A stretch of 64,000 nucleotides of DNA from Rubripirellula sp. (GTDB taxonomy: Bacteria > Planctomycetota > Planctomycetia > Pirellulales > Pirellulaceae): NCBI GenBank assembly GCA_965216875.1, contig OZ244207.1, forward strand, positions 6,848,001 to 6,912,000, given 5' to 3'. Each line of letters starts with the position of its first letter. The first letter of the stretch is position 1. Position numbers and translations under genes: made by a program. Below the pieces are notes generated by a model. It did not search any database and was not told the origin of the DNA. It worked only from the letters and a program-made list of their open reading frames with translations. Below are positions 39,359 to 50,300 of this stretch, piece by piece.

Positions 39359-40543
39359 ATGAACCCTTCCGAGCCCGTTCCGCAATCGACCGCTGGCTGC
39401 ACGCCCGTGGTCATCGTCCCTGGAAGTTCGCCTACGTTCCATTCGTGTCGATTGTCCGATTCAGAGGACCTGAAACGGTTGCGCGATGATTGGGCGCGAT
39501 TGGCAACCGATAGCGGGTACCCTTTTCATAGTTGGCAATGGCTCGAGAACTGGTGGCGGTTCTACCAGGACGAGTCGCGCGAACTAAGCCTGTTGGTTGC
39601 GAAGAACCAACGTGACGAGGTTGTTGGTTTGCTTCCGATGTACTTGCATCAGCAACGGCTTGGTCGACGCGTCTTGCGATTCTTGGGCGGCGACGATGTT
39701 TGTACCGACTACAACACGATGTTGGCGAGCGATGACGATCGCGCCGCAGTCGCAGCCTCATTCGCCGAGCTGATCTTCTCGGGCGGTCTGCCCGCATTCG
39801 ACCAAATCGAACTCGATAGCGTTCATCCCAGTGATGCGAACATCAACTCGCTCATCGGAGCGTTGGTTGAGGTTGATTTCGACGTTGATCGTCGGACTGC
39901 GCTGGGATGCTGGCGCGTGGAGCTAGACGAGGATTGGGATAAGTACCTCGCGACGCTGAGCAAAAGTCGTCGTTGGCGCACTCGGAAACTGTTTCGCGAC
40001 TACATCGAAACGGGCCGCACGACGATTCACTACGCCGACAGCGACGAGTCGTACGAACACGGGTTCAAAATCCTCGTCGAACTGCATCAAGATCGTCGCA
40101 ACAGCCTAGGCCAGCCCGGTTGTTTTCAATCGGAGGCCTTTACGAAGTTCCTGCATGCTGCCGGAAAAGACTTTTTGCATTCAGGGCAATTGAGTCTGCA
40201 ATGGATTGAACTCGAGGGCCAACCCGTTGCGGCCGAGTTTGATCTCCGCGGCAACGATACAGTGTTCTACTACCAATCTGGTTTTTCGACCGCGCAAGAA
40301 GAACACCGTCCCGGCTGGCAGGGTGTGATGTCGGCGCTACGCCGAGCGAGCGAGGATGGCGTTCGCTATTTCGATTTCTTACGTGGCGACGAGCCCTACA
40401 AAGCAAGTTGGGGTGCCGAACGTGTTGAGCAGGAGACCATCATCCTGACAGCGCCTCGGTTGCGGTCGCAAATCCACCAATGGGCGGACAAGTCGATCAA
40501 TCAGATACGCGATGTTGGCAAGAAGCTAAGTGGCCGAGGGTAG
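39359..40543 (+). CDS. GNAT N-acetyltransferase (CelD/BcsL-like, Acetyltransf_6)
   Basis: PFHSWQWLENWW, VCTDY, YLATLSKSRR, YYQSGF, FDFLRGDEPYKASW. Confidence 0.88.
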   Translation: MNPSEPVPQSTAGCTPVVIVPGSSPTFHSCRLSDSEDLKRLRDDWARLATDSGYPFHSWQWLENWWRFYQDESRELSLLVAKNQRDEVVGLLPMYLHQQRLGRRVLRFLGGDDVCTDYNTMLASDDDRAAVAASFAELIFSGGLPAFDQIELDSVHPSDANINSLIGALVEVDFDVDRRTALGCWRVELDEDWDKYLATLSKSRRWRTRKLFRDYIETGRTTIHYADSDESYEHGFKILVELHQDRRNSLGQPGCFQSEAFTKFLHAAGKDFLHSGQLSLQWIELEGQPVAAEFDLRGNDTVFYYQSGFSTAQEEHRPGWQGVMSALRRASEDGVRYFDFLRGDEPYKASWGAERVEQETIILTAPRLRSQIHQWADKSINQIRDVGKKLSGRG

Positions 40544-40553
40544 GCGAAGAGCG

Positions 40554-40632
40554 GGTAGTGGACGAGGCTACGAGTCCCTGAACACTCTCGACGTCCAAGG
40601 AATCTCAGGGACTCGTTGCCTCGTCCACTACC
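40554..40632. repeat. GTAG-type REP doublet (28-bp inverted repeat), possible bidirectional terminator
   Basis: GGTAGTGGACGAGGCTACGAGTCCCTGA / TCAGGGACTCGTTGCCTCGTCCACTACC, one mismatch, between convergent genes. Confidence 0.9.
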
Positions 40633-40645
40633 GAAGAGATGCCTT

Positions 40646-41869
40646 CTATCGTGCGGCGGCTTCGGCTTGCCGGAAAGCTCGCATCACATTCTTGCCCATG
40701 ACTTTGCGAATGTCCTGTTCGCTGTAACCACGCTCGAGCATTCCGGCCGTGATCACGGGGTAACAGCTGACATCTTCCATCTGTTTGGGAAGTGCTGGGA
40801 CGCCGTCGTAGTCCGAACCGATGCCGACGTGGTCGATCCCGGCAACAGCGACAATGTGGTCGATATGGTCCAGGATGTCGTGGACGGTGCAGAGTTTCGA
40901 GCGCGGGTTTTCAAGTTCCCAGCGTCGCAATGCGCCGTCGCTCTTTTCAGTGTCGTCCGGGTAGAGCGTCTCCAAACGCTCTCGTTCAGCCGTTCGCTTG
41001 GCCGATCGTTTTGCATCGACGGGATTGATGAAATCGCTGAAGAAATTGATCATCACGACCCCACCATTTGCTTTGGTCAGTTTCAAGACATCGTCCGGCA
41101 CGTTGCGCGGATGATCGGCGATCGTTCTGGCGGATGAATGCGAAAAAATGACGGGTGCCTTCGTTACCCTCAAGACATCTCGCATGCAATCGGGAGAGAC
41201 ATGTGAGATGTCAACCAACATGCCGAGCCGGTTCATTTCGCGCACAACTTCTTCGCCGAACGGCGACAGGCCGCCGCACTTTGATTTGTCGCTACAAGAA
41301 TCGGCCCATTCGAGCGACTTGGAATGAGTCAGAGTCATGTAGCGAGCGCCCTCGGCGTAAAGTTGCCTGAGGACGTTGATCGAGTTTTCGATCGAGTGCC
41401 CACCTTCGACACCAATCAAAGATGCAATCTTTCCCTCGCTGCGAATGCGGTCAATGTCGTCGGTGGTCAGTGCCAATTCAAAGACATCGCTATAACGCGC
41501 GGTCATTTTCTTGACCAATTCGATCTGTTCAAGCGTCGTCGAAAGAGCACTGCCCGACCCCATCGTCGATGTGGGGACATAGACCGACCAAAACTGAGCG
41601 CCAACGCCGCCAGCACGTAACCTCGCAATGTCGGTATGAAAGTTTGGCTGGGACTTCGAAATATCGAATTGGTCGAAGCCACCGCCCGCTTGACGTAGCG
41701 CCCACGGCAAATCGTTGTGTCCATCGACGACTGGAAAGCTGCGGTGGATTTTTAACGCTTTTTGGCTTACCGCGATTGGGTCGCGTTCGGTGTCGGATTG
41801 AGCACTCACGGGTTCGATTGCGGAAAGCAACACCAACGCAGCAACGGCGGTCAGGATTCGAAGACGCAT
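40646..41869 (-). CDS. Membrane dipeptidase (peptidase M19)
   Basis: Signal peptide; VDGHNDLPW, AQFWSVY, VEGGH, YMTLTH, DISHVS, SHS, GIGSDYDG. Confidence 0.93.
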   Translation of the reverse strand: MRLRILTAVAALVLLSAIEPVSAQSDTERDPIAVSQKALKIHRSFPVVDGHNDLPWALRQAGGGFDQFDISKSQPNFHTDIARLRAGGVGAQFWSVYVPTSTMGSGSALSTTLEQIELVKKMTARYSDVFELALTTDDIDRIRSEGKIASLIGVEGGHSIENSINVLRQLYAEGARYMTLTHSKSLEWADSCSDKSKCGGLSPFGEEVVREMNRLGMLVDISHVSPDCMRDVLRVTKAPVIFSHSSARTIADHPRNVPDDVLKLTKANGGVVMINFFSDFINPVDAKRSAKRTAERERLETLYPDDTEKSDGALRRWELENPRSKLCTVHDILDHIDHIVAVAGIDHVGIGSDYDGVPALPKQMEDVSCYPVITAGMLERGYSEQDIRKVMGKNVMRAFRQAEAAAR

Positions 41870-41921
41870 CAAAGTTGTTGGGAAAGGAGGCAATTGTTCA
41901 TAGGTCTTGTTCGTGAGCATC

Positions 41922-42845
41922 TTACGCTTCGCGACCAAGCCAATCCTTTAGAACTGCGAGATCTCGTTTGCAGGCGGCAAGGTGATTGGGAACGAGTTCA
42001 GGCTTGCGATGGTCAAGGTATTCTTCGTGCAGTGAGATCGGCCCGGTAAAGTTGAGATCACGGAGCATCTTGAAGAATTTGGAATCGACGCGGCCTTCGC
42101 CGAGAGGGACGTTGGTCGGGCGGTTTCCTTTTTCGGGCCATACGAAATCTTTCACGTAGACCGTATCCACTTTTGGCTGAATCATTCGGAACGTTGTTGG
42201 CCAGCTCATGCCACCTTCTGCGGTAGCGTGGCGAATGTCATAGGCGACCGCGATTTGTTCTTTGGGGATGCCTTGCAAGAGTTTGGCGATGTCCCAAATC
42301 GGTGATCCAAGGTAACGGTCGCCAGCATGGTTTTGGTAGAGTCCAAGTATCCCTATCTCGCCGTTAAGTGCAGCAAGGTCAGCGAAGATCGGTTTCCACT
42401 GTTTGAGTTGTTTCGCGACTGCAACGGTTGGGTCGTACTTGAAGTACTTCATGCGGTAGCGTTCGATTCCCAAACTCGCCGCCGTCTTCAATACCGATTC
42501 GGTATGTTTGTCGGTTGCGTTGTTGATGCTCGACGTCATGATGGTGATTTCCAGCCCGCGTGCTTTGAGGGCTTCAACCATCTTGGGAAGTTCGTCCGGA
42601 ACCTCGTGCGGTTCGATGTGTCCACCATCACGGATCGTTGCTTCGATACCGTCAAAGCCCATTTCGGCGATGCGGTCGGCCAATTCATCGTATGAGAGCG
42701 ATTGAAATGGCTTGGTGAAAACACAAATCTTGTTTTTCGCCGGTGCAGCGGCGCTGGCGGTCGTGGTGGCCGCCGCCATCGCTGCGCCCGTTGCCGCGGC
42801 AAGAAAGGTTCGACGCTTCATGGATGTTGACTCGGGTTGATTCAC
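41922..42845 (-). CDS. Tat-exported sugar phosphate isomerase/epimerase (xylose-isomerase-like TIM barrel)
   Basis: KRRTFL Tat motif; GFDGIE, YQNH, YDIRH, YVKD, PLGEG, GPISLHEEY. Confidence 0.88.
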   Translation of the reverse strand: MNQPESTSMKRRTFLAAATGAAMAAATTTASAAAPAKNKICVFTKPFQSLSYDELADRIAEMGFDGIEATIRDGGHIEPHEVPDELPKMVEALKARGLEITIMTSSINNATDKHTESVLKTAASLGIERYRMKYFKYDPTVAVAKQLKQWKPIFADLAALNGEIGILGLYQNHAGDRYLGSPIWDIAKLLQGIPKEQIAVAYDIRHATAEGGMSWPTTFRMIQPKVDTVYVKDFVWPEKGNRPTNVPLGEGRVDSKFFKMLRDLNFTGPISLHEEYLDHRKPELVPNHLAACKRDLAVLKDWLGREA

Positions 42846-45800
42846 TTTTTTGCTCCTTGGACGAGATAGGCGAACAGATCTCGCAACTGTTGATCGGTGA
42901 TTTCTTTTAGCACGTCATCGGGCATCAGCGATGTTTTCATCGCCTGCAGTCTTTCGATTTCATCCCGCGCGATGACGGTCAATTGGTTGTCGGCATTGCG
43001 AAGGGTGACAGTCTTTGGATCTTGAGCCGCGATCATACCGGTGATGGTGCGACCGTCGTCGGTCAAAACAAGATAACTCTGAAAGCCTTCGCGGATCTCA
43101 AGGCTCGGATCAACGATGGCGGGAAGCCAGAAGTTGAGGTTCCCGCGTTCATAACCATCCAGAGGCGGGCCAACCTTTTTGCCTTCCCCGAAAAGTTGGT
43201 GACAGTTGCCGCATCGTTTTGCAAAAACCTCTTTGCCCGCGGTGGCGTTGCCGACGTCTCGTGTGAGGATGGCTTTGAGTTGCTTGAGCTTCTCAAGTTT
43301 TTCGGGGGCAGACCCACTTAGCGACTTGCCGAACGCCTGTTCAACCGCGGCTACCATTTCTGGGGTGTCGTAGGCGCGTAGTTGCTGGATCACATCTGGG
43401 GGAACATGCTCAGGCCGAACTCGCCATGCATTGACTTCGTCCAGTAACGCGATCGCCCACGAAGGACGACTGGCGAGCGTTCGACAGGCCGTTGATCGCA
43501 GGCCATGTTCGGCTGAAATGGAGCTGCCGAAACGGCTGACGAGGGACTTGGGGATCGTCTCGTTTTTGTATTGACCGAGCGAACGCATTGCGACGCGTCG
43601 TAGCGCCGGATCGATTGATCCACCCGTCGCAAGTTTCAACAAGGTTCCGACCACTCGGGGTTGGTCTACTTCACCAAACACGCGCGCCAGTTCGATCCGG
43701 ATTCCGAGTTCGGTCGCGGAACTGGCCAACGCCTTGATCGCTTTGTCGACACCCGTGTCACTTCCCTGTCGCAGCCCCAAAACCAAACCGGAATCGCCCA
43801 ATTGTGATTGGTAGTCGGCCAACGCTCGGGCAAGCTGATCGGGAAGTGGCGGAATCGAAAGCCCTTGAAACGCCCGGTTGAGACCCGTCATCAGTTGTTG
43901 TTTCGAATCGTCATCATCGGCGAGAGCCAATAGTTTGCCGCAGTTTTCAAGATCCGATCGCTCGCCGGCAGAGGCATAACGTTGCATCAGCCGGCTCAGA
44001 AGGTGTTCTCGCACGAGCGGACGTCTCCAAACGGATTCGTTCTCCAGGAGTTTTTCGATCTCGAGCCATGAGTCGGCATGGCTCTCCAGTGCCCACCAAA
44101 TCATCAATGGCATGTGTGGGTCTGACGCGTCGTCATCGTGACGCACCAATCCGCCGATGATCGGAATTGCGACCGAAGCGCGAAGTCGTTTTGCGGTCGA
44201 AGCAAGCTGGCTGCGGACTTGGACGTCTTGTTCTTGGCGAGCGAGTTCGACGAGGCCAGGAACACTCTCGCGGCGATCGCCTAGCAAACGCACGACCCAG
44301 CGGCGAATGTGTGGGTCGTCTGACGCCAGCCATCTGCTTGCTCGCGACGACGAGAGTTCTCCCATGATGCTTAATGCCCACAACGCTTCGAGCGTGGATT
44401 GCTCATCGATGTGTTGCTCTAAGATTGCCACAACCGACGGATCGTTGCGCCAGCCAAGTTCGAGGGCAGCTCGCTGACGCACCCATTTATTGGGATGCGA
44501 AAAGAGTTCGATCAGCCGCTCGCTTTTCAAATGATGCAGGTCGCCTTCGCGATACACCGCGTCGCCCTTTTCGGGAACGACTCGATAGACCCGGCCACTT
44601 TCTTTGTGCCAATCGTCGATCGGCGAGACATGACTCAGTCGAGTGTCATACCAGTCGGCCATGTAAACTGCGCCATCGGGCCCAACGCCGCAATAGACTG
44701 GGCGAAACCAGCGATCAGGACTCTCAACAAGATTTTCGTTGTCAATCGTTCGGTAGGTCGATCCGTCGGCGATGCGTTTGCTGCTCCAAACAAGGTTGTG
44801 CAACGCGTTGGGCGCGATGATCGAGCCCGCATCGGAACTGGGGAACAGTCCTCCCTCGTAAATACAGAAGGCTTGTGGGAAGCGTCGGCCGTCGCCTTCG
44901 AATTTCATTGGCGGAAAGAAGCCAAACGCGTAAGGGTTGGTCAGCGGGCCATGTTTGCCCCAGTTCTTTTGCGAGTAGCTGCCTTGGGGAAAGTACCAGC
45001 CACGCGTGTTACCGCCGTTGGTTCCCGTAAAGACGCGGCCTTTCGAATCGATATCGAGACTGAACGTGTTGCCGCCACCCTCGGCATAGATTTCAAACTC
45101 CTTTGTCGTGGGGTGGTATCGCCAGACACATTGACCTTGGAATCGCACGCCCTTGGTCACTGCCGAGCTTACATCGCCAACGGTCGTGCTTCCGTTGCAG
45201 GCATACAGCCAACCGTCGGGGCCAAACATCAAGCTGTTGGCAACCGAATGTGTGTCTTGCAATCCGAAGCCTGATAGGTGCACTTCCGGTTCGCTGTCGG
45301 GAACGTCATCCCGATCGGCGTCGGGATAGAACAGCAAGTAAGGCGGGTTCAGAACCCAGATCCCACCCTGCCCGACGGCAACCGAACTGGTGATGTTCAA
45401 CCCTGTGATCACCTCTTTGTGAACGTCGTAGATGCCATCGCCGTCGGTGTCTTCGTGGACCGTGATTTTGTCGGCACCGGGCGTTCCATTTGGCGGCGGA
45501 TCGGGAACGCGGTCGAAGACGGCACGCAAATGCTGGTCATACCGAATCACCTTCAAACCGGCCGGGTATTGGTATTGGCGGTAGTGCACGACCCACAGGC
45601 GACCGCGCGAGTCCCAGGAAAGGAACAATGGCTGTGAGACGACTGGTTCACCGGCGACCAATTCGATTTTGTACCCGTCGCGGACTCGGAATTGTTTGAC
45701 CGCTTCGCTTGCCGCTGTCGGCGGAGTGTCGTCGGCCATCACCCCACGCCCCGCAAAGCTCTTCATGATTTCGGCGACCTGGTCGTTGCCCGCTCGTGAG

Positions 45801-45874
45801 GTATCACGCTCTTGGGCCGGCGCGACAGTCGAGAAGAACACAAGGATCGAAAGCGAAATGAAGGGAGTTCGCAT
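42842..45874 (-). CDS. PVC-type heme-binding CxxCH protein (putative membrane-bound dehydrogenase)
   Basis: Propeller (WDSRGRLWV, EDTDGDG, GPDGWLY, WFRPV..GPDGAVYMADWY), HEAT-like repeats, CGNCH..VGPPL..SLMP. Confidence 0.9.
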   Translation of the reverse strand: MRTPFISLSILVFFSTVAPAQERDTSRAGNDQVAEIMKSFAGRGVMADDTPPTAASEAVKQFRVRDGYKIELVAGEPVVSQPLFLSWDSRGRLWVVHYRQYQYPAGLKVIRYDQHLRAVFDRVPDPPPNGTPGADKITVHEDTDGDGIYDVHKEVITGLNITSSVAVGQGGIWVLNPPYLLFYPDADRDDVPDSEPEVHLSGFGLQDTHSVANSLMFGPDGWLYACNGSTTVGDVSSAVTKGVRFQGQCVWRYHPTTKEFEIYAEGGGNTFSLDIDSKGRVFTGTNGGNTRGWYFPQGSYSQKNWGKHGPLTNPYAFGFFPPMKFEGDGRRFPQAFCIYEGGLFPSSDAGSIIAPNALHNLVWSSKRIADGSTYRTIDNENLVESPDRWFRPVYCGVGPDGAVYMADWYDTRLSHVSPIDDWHKESGRVYRVVPEKGDAVYREGDLHHLKSERLIELFSHPNKWVRQRAALELGWRNDPSVVAILEQHIDEQSTLEALWALSIMGELSSSRASRWLASDDPHIRRWVVRLLGDRRESVPGLVELARQEQDVQVRSQLASTAKRLRASVAIPIIGGLVRHDDDASDPHMPLMIWWALESHADSWLEIEKLLENESVWRRPLVREHLLSRLMQRYASAGERSDLENCGKLLALADDDDSKQQLMTGLNRAFQGLSIPPLPDQLARALADYQSQLGDSGLVLGLRQGSDTGVDKAIKALASSATELGIRIELARVFGEVDQPRVVGTLLKLATGGSIDPALRRVAMRSLGQYKNETIPKSLVSRFGSSISAEHGLRSTACRTLASRPSWAIALLDEVNAWRVRPEHVPPDVIQQLRAYDTPEMVAAVEQAFGKSLSGSAPEKLEKLKQLKAILTRDVGNATAGKEVFAKRCGNCHQLFGEGKKVGPPLDGYERGNLNFWLPAIVDPSLEIREGFQSYLVLTDDGRTITGMIAAQDPKTVTLRNADNQLTVIARDEIERLQAMKTSLMPDDVLKEITDQQLRDLFAYLVQGAKK

Positions 45875-45957
45875 TGCGCAGTTGCTTGGTCAGGATGGGT
45901 TTCTTGAGGCAGGATCGCACGGGTGCGACGATCGGGGACGCTGGCGAGCGGTGTTGG

Positions 45958-47385
45958 TCACACGATATCTCGAATCACGTTGCCGTGGACGTCGGTGAGG
46001 CGGAAATCACGGCCACCGTGGCGATAAGTCAGCTGCTGGTGGTCAATGCCGAGCTGGTGCAGAACGGTCGCCCACAAGTCGTAGACTTCGCATTTATTTT
46101 CGACCGCGTGATACCCTAGCTCATCGGTGGCACCATAGATCGACCCGCCCTTCACTCCACCACCCGCAAGCCACACCGAGAATCCGTACGGATTATGGTC
46201 GCGACCATTGCTGCCTTGTGAGAAGGGAGTTCTGCCAAACTCGCCAGTCCAAACGATCAGCGTTTCGTCGAGTAGCCCGCGCTGACGCAGGTCTTTGATC
46301 AGTCCGGCGATCGGTCGATCGACTTGCATTGCCATTGCCTGATGACCGCGCTCGAGGTCGCCATGTTGGTCCCACGGGTTGGCTGCACCGCCGGCACCGA
46401 TTCCTTTGGTCAAACAACTCAGTTCGATGAAGCGAACGCCGCTTTCAACCAACCGTCGGGCGAGCAAACACTGTCTCGCATAGGCGGCAAGTTCTTTGTC
46501 GCTTGAGTCGAGGCCATAAAGTTGACGCGTCGCTTCGGATTCGCCCGATATATCGCACAATTCGGGAACGGCGGTTTGCATTCGAAACGCGGTTTCATAG
46601 TTGGCGATCGCCGCTTCAATCTGTGGGTCCTTTCCAGCGGTTGCCGAAAACGTTTTGTCAAACGACTTGGCGAGATCGAGCCGACGTCGCTGCAAGATCG
46701 AAGCATCGCGTGGGCGTACATTGGGGATCGCAACTTCGGCATCCGCTTTTAGCACAGAACCTTGATGCTGGCCGGGAAGGAAACCATTGCTAAAGAGAGC
46801 GACACCGCCGTGAGGCGGGACGGCACCACCGCTTTGCAGGACAACGTAGGCGGGAAGGTTTTCGTTTTCTGTTCCCAAACCATAACTGCACCAGGCGCCC
46901 GCTGTTGGGTGCCCCATGAACGGGAACCCGCTGTGCATGAAGAAGTTGCCCTGGGCGTGTTCGTTCACGGGGGTTGTCATTGAACGCACCACCGCAAGCT
47001 CGTCGGCGACCGTCGCTAGCTCTGGAAACATGCTGCTGATGGGAATGCCGCTTTCGCCATGCTGTTTGAACGCAAACGGACTGGCCATCACGTTGCCGTT
47101 GTTGTTGAACTGAGTTCTCTCAACCGTCACGGGCATCGGCTTGCCGTGCAATTCCTTCAGTTCTGGTTTGGGATCGAAGGAATCGACCTGCGATACCCCG
47201 CCGGACATGAAACAAAAGATCACGTGCTTGGCTTTGGCCACATGATGCGATACAGAACCGCGTCCTGATTGCTGCATCATCGAAGCGAGTGCCATCGCGC
47301 CAAAACCAGTCGAGCATCGCTGGAGCATTTGGCGACGCGTTGGCAACATTGTCGATCGCAGTTCATGCGTTGCGTCACCGAACAT
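45958..47385 (-). CDS. DUF1501 domain protein (Tat-like signal)
   Basis: [61 protein letters not shown]. Confidence 0.93.
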   Translation of the reverse strand: MFGDATHELRSTMLPTRRQMLQRCSTGFGAMALASMMQQSGRGSVSHHVAKAKHVIFCFMSGGVSQVDSFDPKPELKELHGKPMPVTVERTQFNNNGNVMASPFAFKQHGESGIPISSMFPELATVADELAVVRSMTTPVNEHAQGNFFMHSGFPFMGHPTAGAWCSYGLGTENENLPAYVVLQSGGAVPPHGGVALFSNGFLPGQHQGSVLKADAEVAIPNVRPRDASILQRRRLDLAKSFDKTFSATAGKDPQIEAAIANYETAFRMQTAVPELCDISGESEATRQLYGLDSSDKELAAYARQCLLARRLVESGVRFIELSCLTKGIGAGGAANPWDQHGDLERGHQAMAMQVDRPIAGLIKDLRQRGLLDETLIVWTGEFGRTPFSQGSNGRDHNPYGFSVWLAGGGVKGGSIYGATDELGYHAVENKCEVYDLWATVLHQLGIDHQQLTYRHGGRDFRLTDVHGNVIRDIV

Positions 47386-50300
47386 AGACAAACTCCTTGA
47401 AAGTGATCATTGCTCGCGCTAGTTCGATCCAAAGATCGGATTCGTTCATGGACTTGGGGACTTCGCCCAGCGCACTCCGCCGTGTCTGCAACGCGTCGAT
47501 CTCGCGAAGCAGTTTGCGATGCTCGTCACGCTGTGCATCACTGAGGGCGTCCATCACTTGTTTGTTCGAGACAAAGACGCCACCGCCGCGTGCCGACGAC
47601 GCGATCTCTTCGGCCGACAATGCGCGATCGTAAAGGTTGGCCTTTAGGACGCGGCCGCTGAGCAGACGATTGCCACCGGCGGGAAGATGCCGCACGCCGA
47701 AGCTGACAACGGCGTTGCCGGCTTGGTAGTTTTGCAGTCCACGGCTCTTGTAGGGTTTGCCGTAGGGGCGGCCATCCCGAAACCCGGTCACTTGGCCGTC
47801 GGCATGGTACGAGATCGCGACGTGCACGAAGCGATCGACAGCGTCTGATTCTTCGCTGCCCGAAAACGGTTCGGTGCGAGCGAAGTTGTTACTGCCGGCA
47901 AGCCACTGTCGCGGGCGTTGTTCTGCAAAGACGATGGAATCAAAAACGACGCCGTCACGCGTTTGCAGCGTCATGACCCCGCCGGATCGCTGGTCAAGCC
48001 TGTCGAGTTGCACCCACGCTTCGAGCGTCTTTTCGGACAAGTCGAATTCGAGCGGGTCGGTGACAACGTAACCGCCTTGCCGGACGGACAACGCGCCGCC
48101 GTCGAGCTTCGCACCCCCTTGCAGCTTGACGTTCGCTTTGCCGACGAGGTCTTCGAGTCCTTTCGAAAAGTCCCAGTGGGCGATCGGTTTTAGTGATGGC
48201 CCGTTGGCATCGTCGGACACATCGGCTTGGGCCGTCGCAACCAATTGTTCCCGCACGGGACGCAGGATGGAGGACGCTTGCTCGGTGGCTGACGCGATCT
48301 GTTGGTCGAGACGCTCAGCTTTTGCGATCAGCTTCTTCCTTGAGGCCAATGTTGAATCGAAAAAGGCTTGCACGGATTCGATCTCAGCGTCGCTTGCCCT
48401 TCGAGAAAAGGCCGACACAAAGAGTTGGTTGACGCGTTGCTCGGTCGAATCGGTCGATTCCAGAACTTTCCGAGCGAATTGAGCCGCATCGCTGGCCACT
48501 CGCGGGTCATTCATCATCATTAACGATTGAGCTGGGACGTTCGTCACATCTCGCCGACCCGTCGCACTGAACGGTTCGGGAAAATCGAAAGCGCGAAGAA
48601 ATGGATCAAGAGAGTTTCGAATGACACGAACGTAGACGCTGCGCCGTGGAGATTGACCCGAGACGGGTGGCCCAAACACGTTGCGATCGAGACGCCCGGA
48701 AACAGCGAGCAGCGAGTCGCGTATCACTTCGGCATCCATGCGCCGGACGTTCGCACGCGCGAGGAAGTTGTTGCTCGGATCCGTTTCCATTGCATGTGAA
48801 TTCGGCGTCGAATCGAGTTGCCAGGTCTTCGAGGTCACGATCAGACGAATCATCTCCTTGAGGGACCAATCTCGCTTTTCAACTTCACCGGCGAGCCAAT
48901 CAAGCAACTCGGGGTGGGTCGGTTTCATACCGAGGCGACCCAGGTTGTCGGGGGTCGCGACAATGCCCTTGCCAAAGAGGTGATGCCAAAGCCGATTCGC
49001 AATCACGCGTCGAGTCAGCGGGTTGTCGTCGCGAAGCAAATCCTCAGCAAGCTGCAATCGGCTGCTTCTCGATGGATCGTATTCGGATTCGTCGATCGCC
49101 TCCAAGAACCTCGCGGGAACAATCTCGCTTGGCTTCTTGTGGTTTCCTCGCACGAACAACGGCTGCTTTCGGCCTTGGGTTTCGTCCAAGCCCGGAACGC
49201 GTGTTGCTACCGGAACGGTCGCTTCTATCTTGCGATAGGAACGCACGAATTCTCGTGCGCTGGGGAGCCTTGAAAGTTCGTTGGGAAGGAGACCATCACG
49301 CACGCATCGATCAAGCAATTCGGCTTGTGAATCGGAACTCTTGCCATCGCGCCACGCCTCGATCGCAGACTTGGTCGTTGCCGCAACAAGTTGTGTGACT
49401 TCATCGATAGAAGCCGGCGATGACGGTGCGAGAAGATGCGCGAGTGGGTGAAGCGAACGTGGCGGTGCACCACCCTTTGTTTGCAACCGCACTTCAGTCG
49501 CCCCGAACCAAGACCTGGGCTGGTTTTTGACAAGCAACGGCGCATCGAGTCCTGTGGTGAGTTCGACGTGAAGACGATCTCCGGTCCAATATTTCAGGTC
49601 ATAGCGTTGCCACCGCCACTGGGGTTTCAACTGAGTGACCGGAAAGACGGTTCCGTTGCGTGGATAGTCTTGAACGACGTAGCGCAAGAACGCATCCCGA
49701 TCGCCGATGGCCCGCACCCAAAGTTCCGCGTTCTCGGGGACATCAATGTCTTCCGACGTGAGTCTGCCAGGAAGCTTGTCCGAGAGTGCGTGCGAATAGA
49801 CACCTGCGGGATAGATGCCTTCGAGTGCCCGTTCCTCCTGAGTAGCGACACGGTACTCGCCGGCAGGATTGAATGCTGCCGACAAGCCCAGGCCATGTTT
49901 GTACCAACGCGATGTTTCGCCGGCTTCAGACAACTTCCAATCGTGAATCAGGTGGTCGGCGTCGATCGTCGCTTGCGACCGCCAATGATCCGCCATCGCC
50001 CGCCATTGTTTATCGAAGGACTTGTCGTCCTTGATACGTTGACGGACCTGATGCAGAGGATGGAGCGAGTGCTGTTTGTCTTTTGCTGCTTCCAACCAAT
50101 CGCCGTCGTCTACAAGACGTTGCTCGAGTTTGTCGAAACTGGTGAGCCAATCACTTGCAATGGCTTTTCGGATTTGCGGTTTGAGTGCTTTGAGTTTGTC
50201 CAACTGCGACGCAAACGCATCAGGAAGGTCGATCGTTTGTCGCGCTGGTCGACAGGCGGCAAAGATTCCAAACAACGCGTAGTAGTCGCGTTGGCTGATC

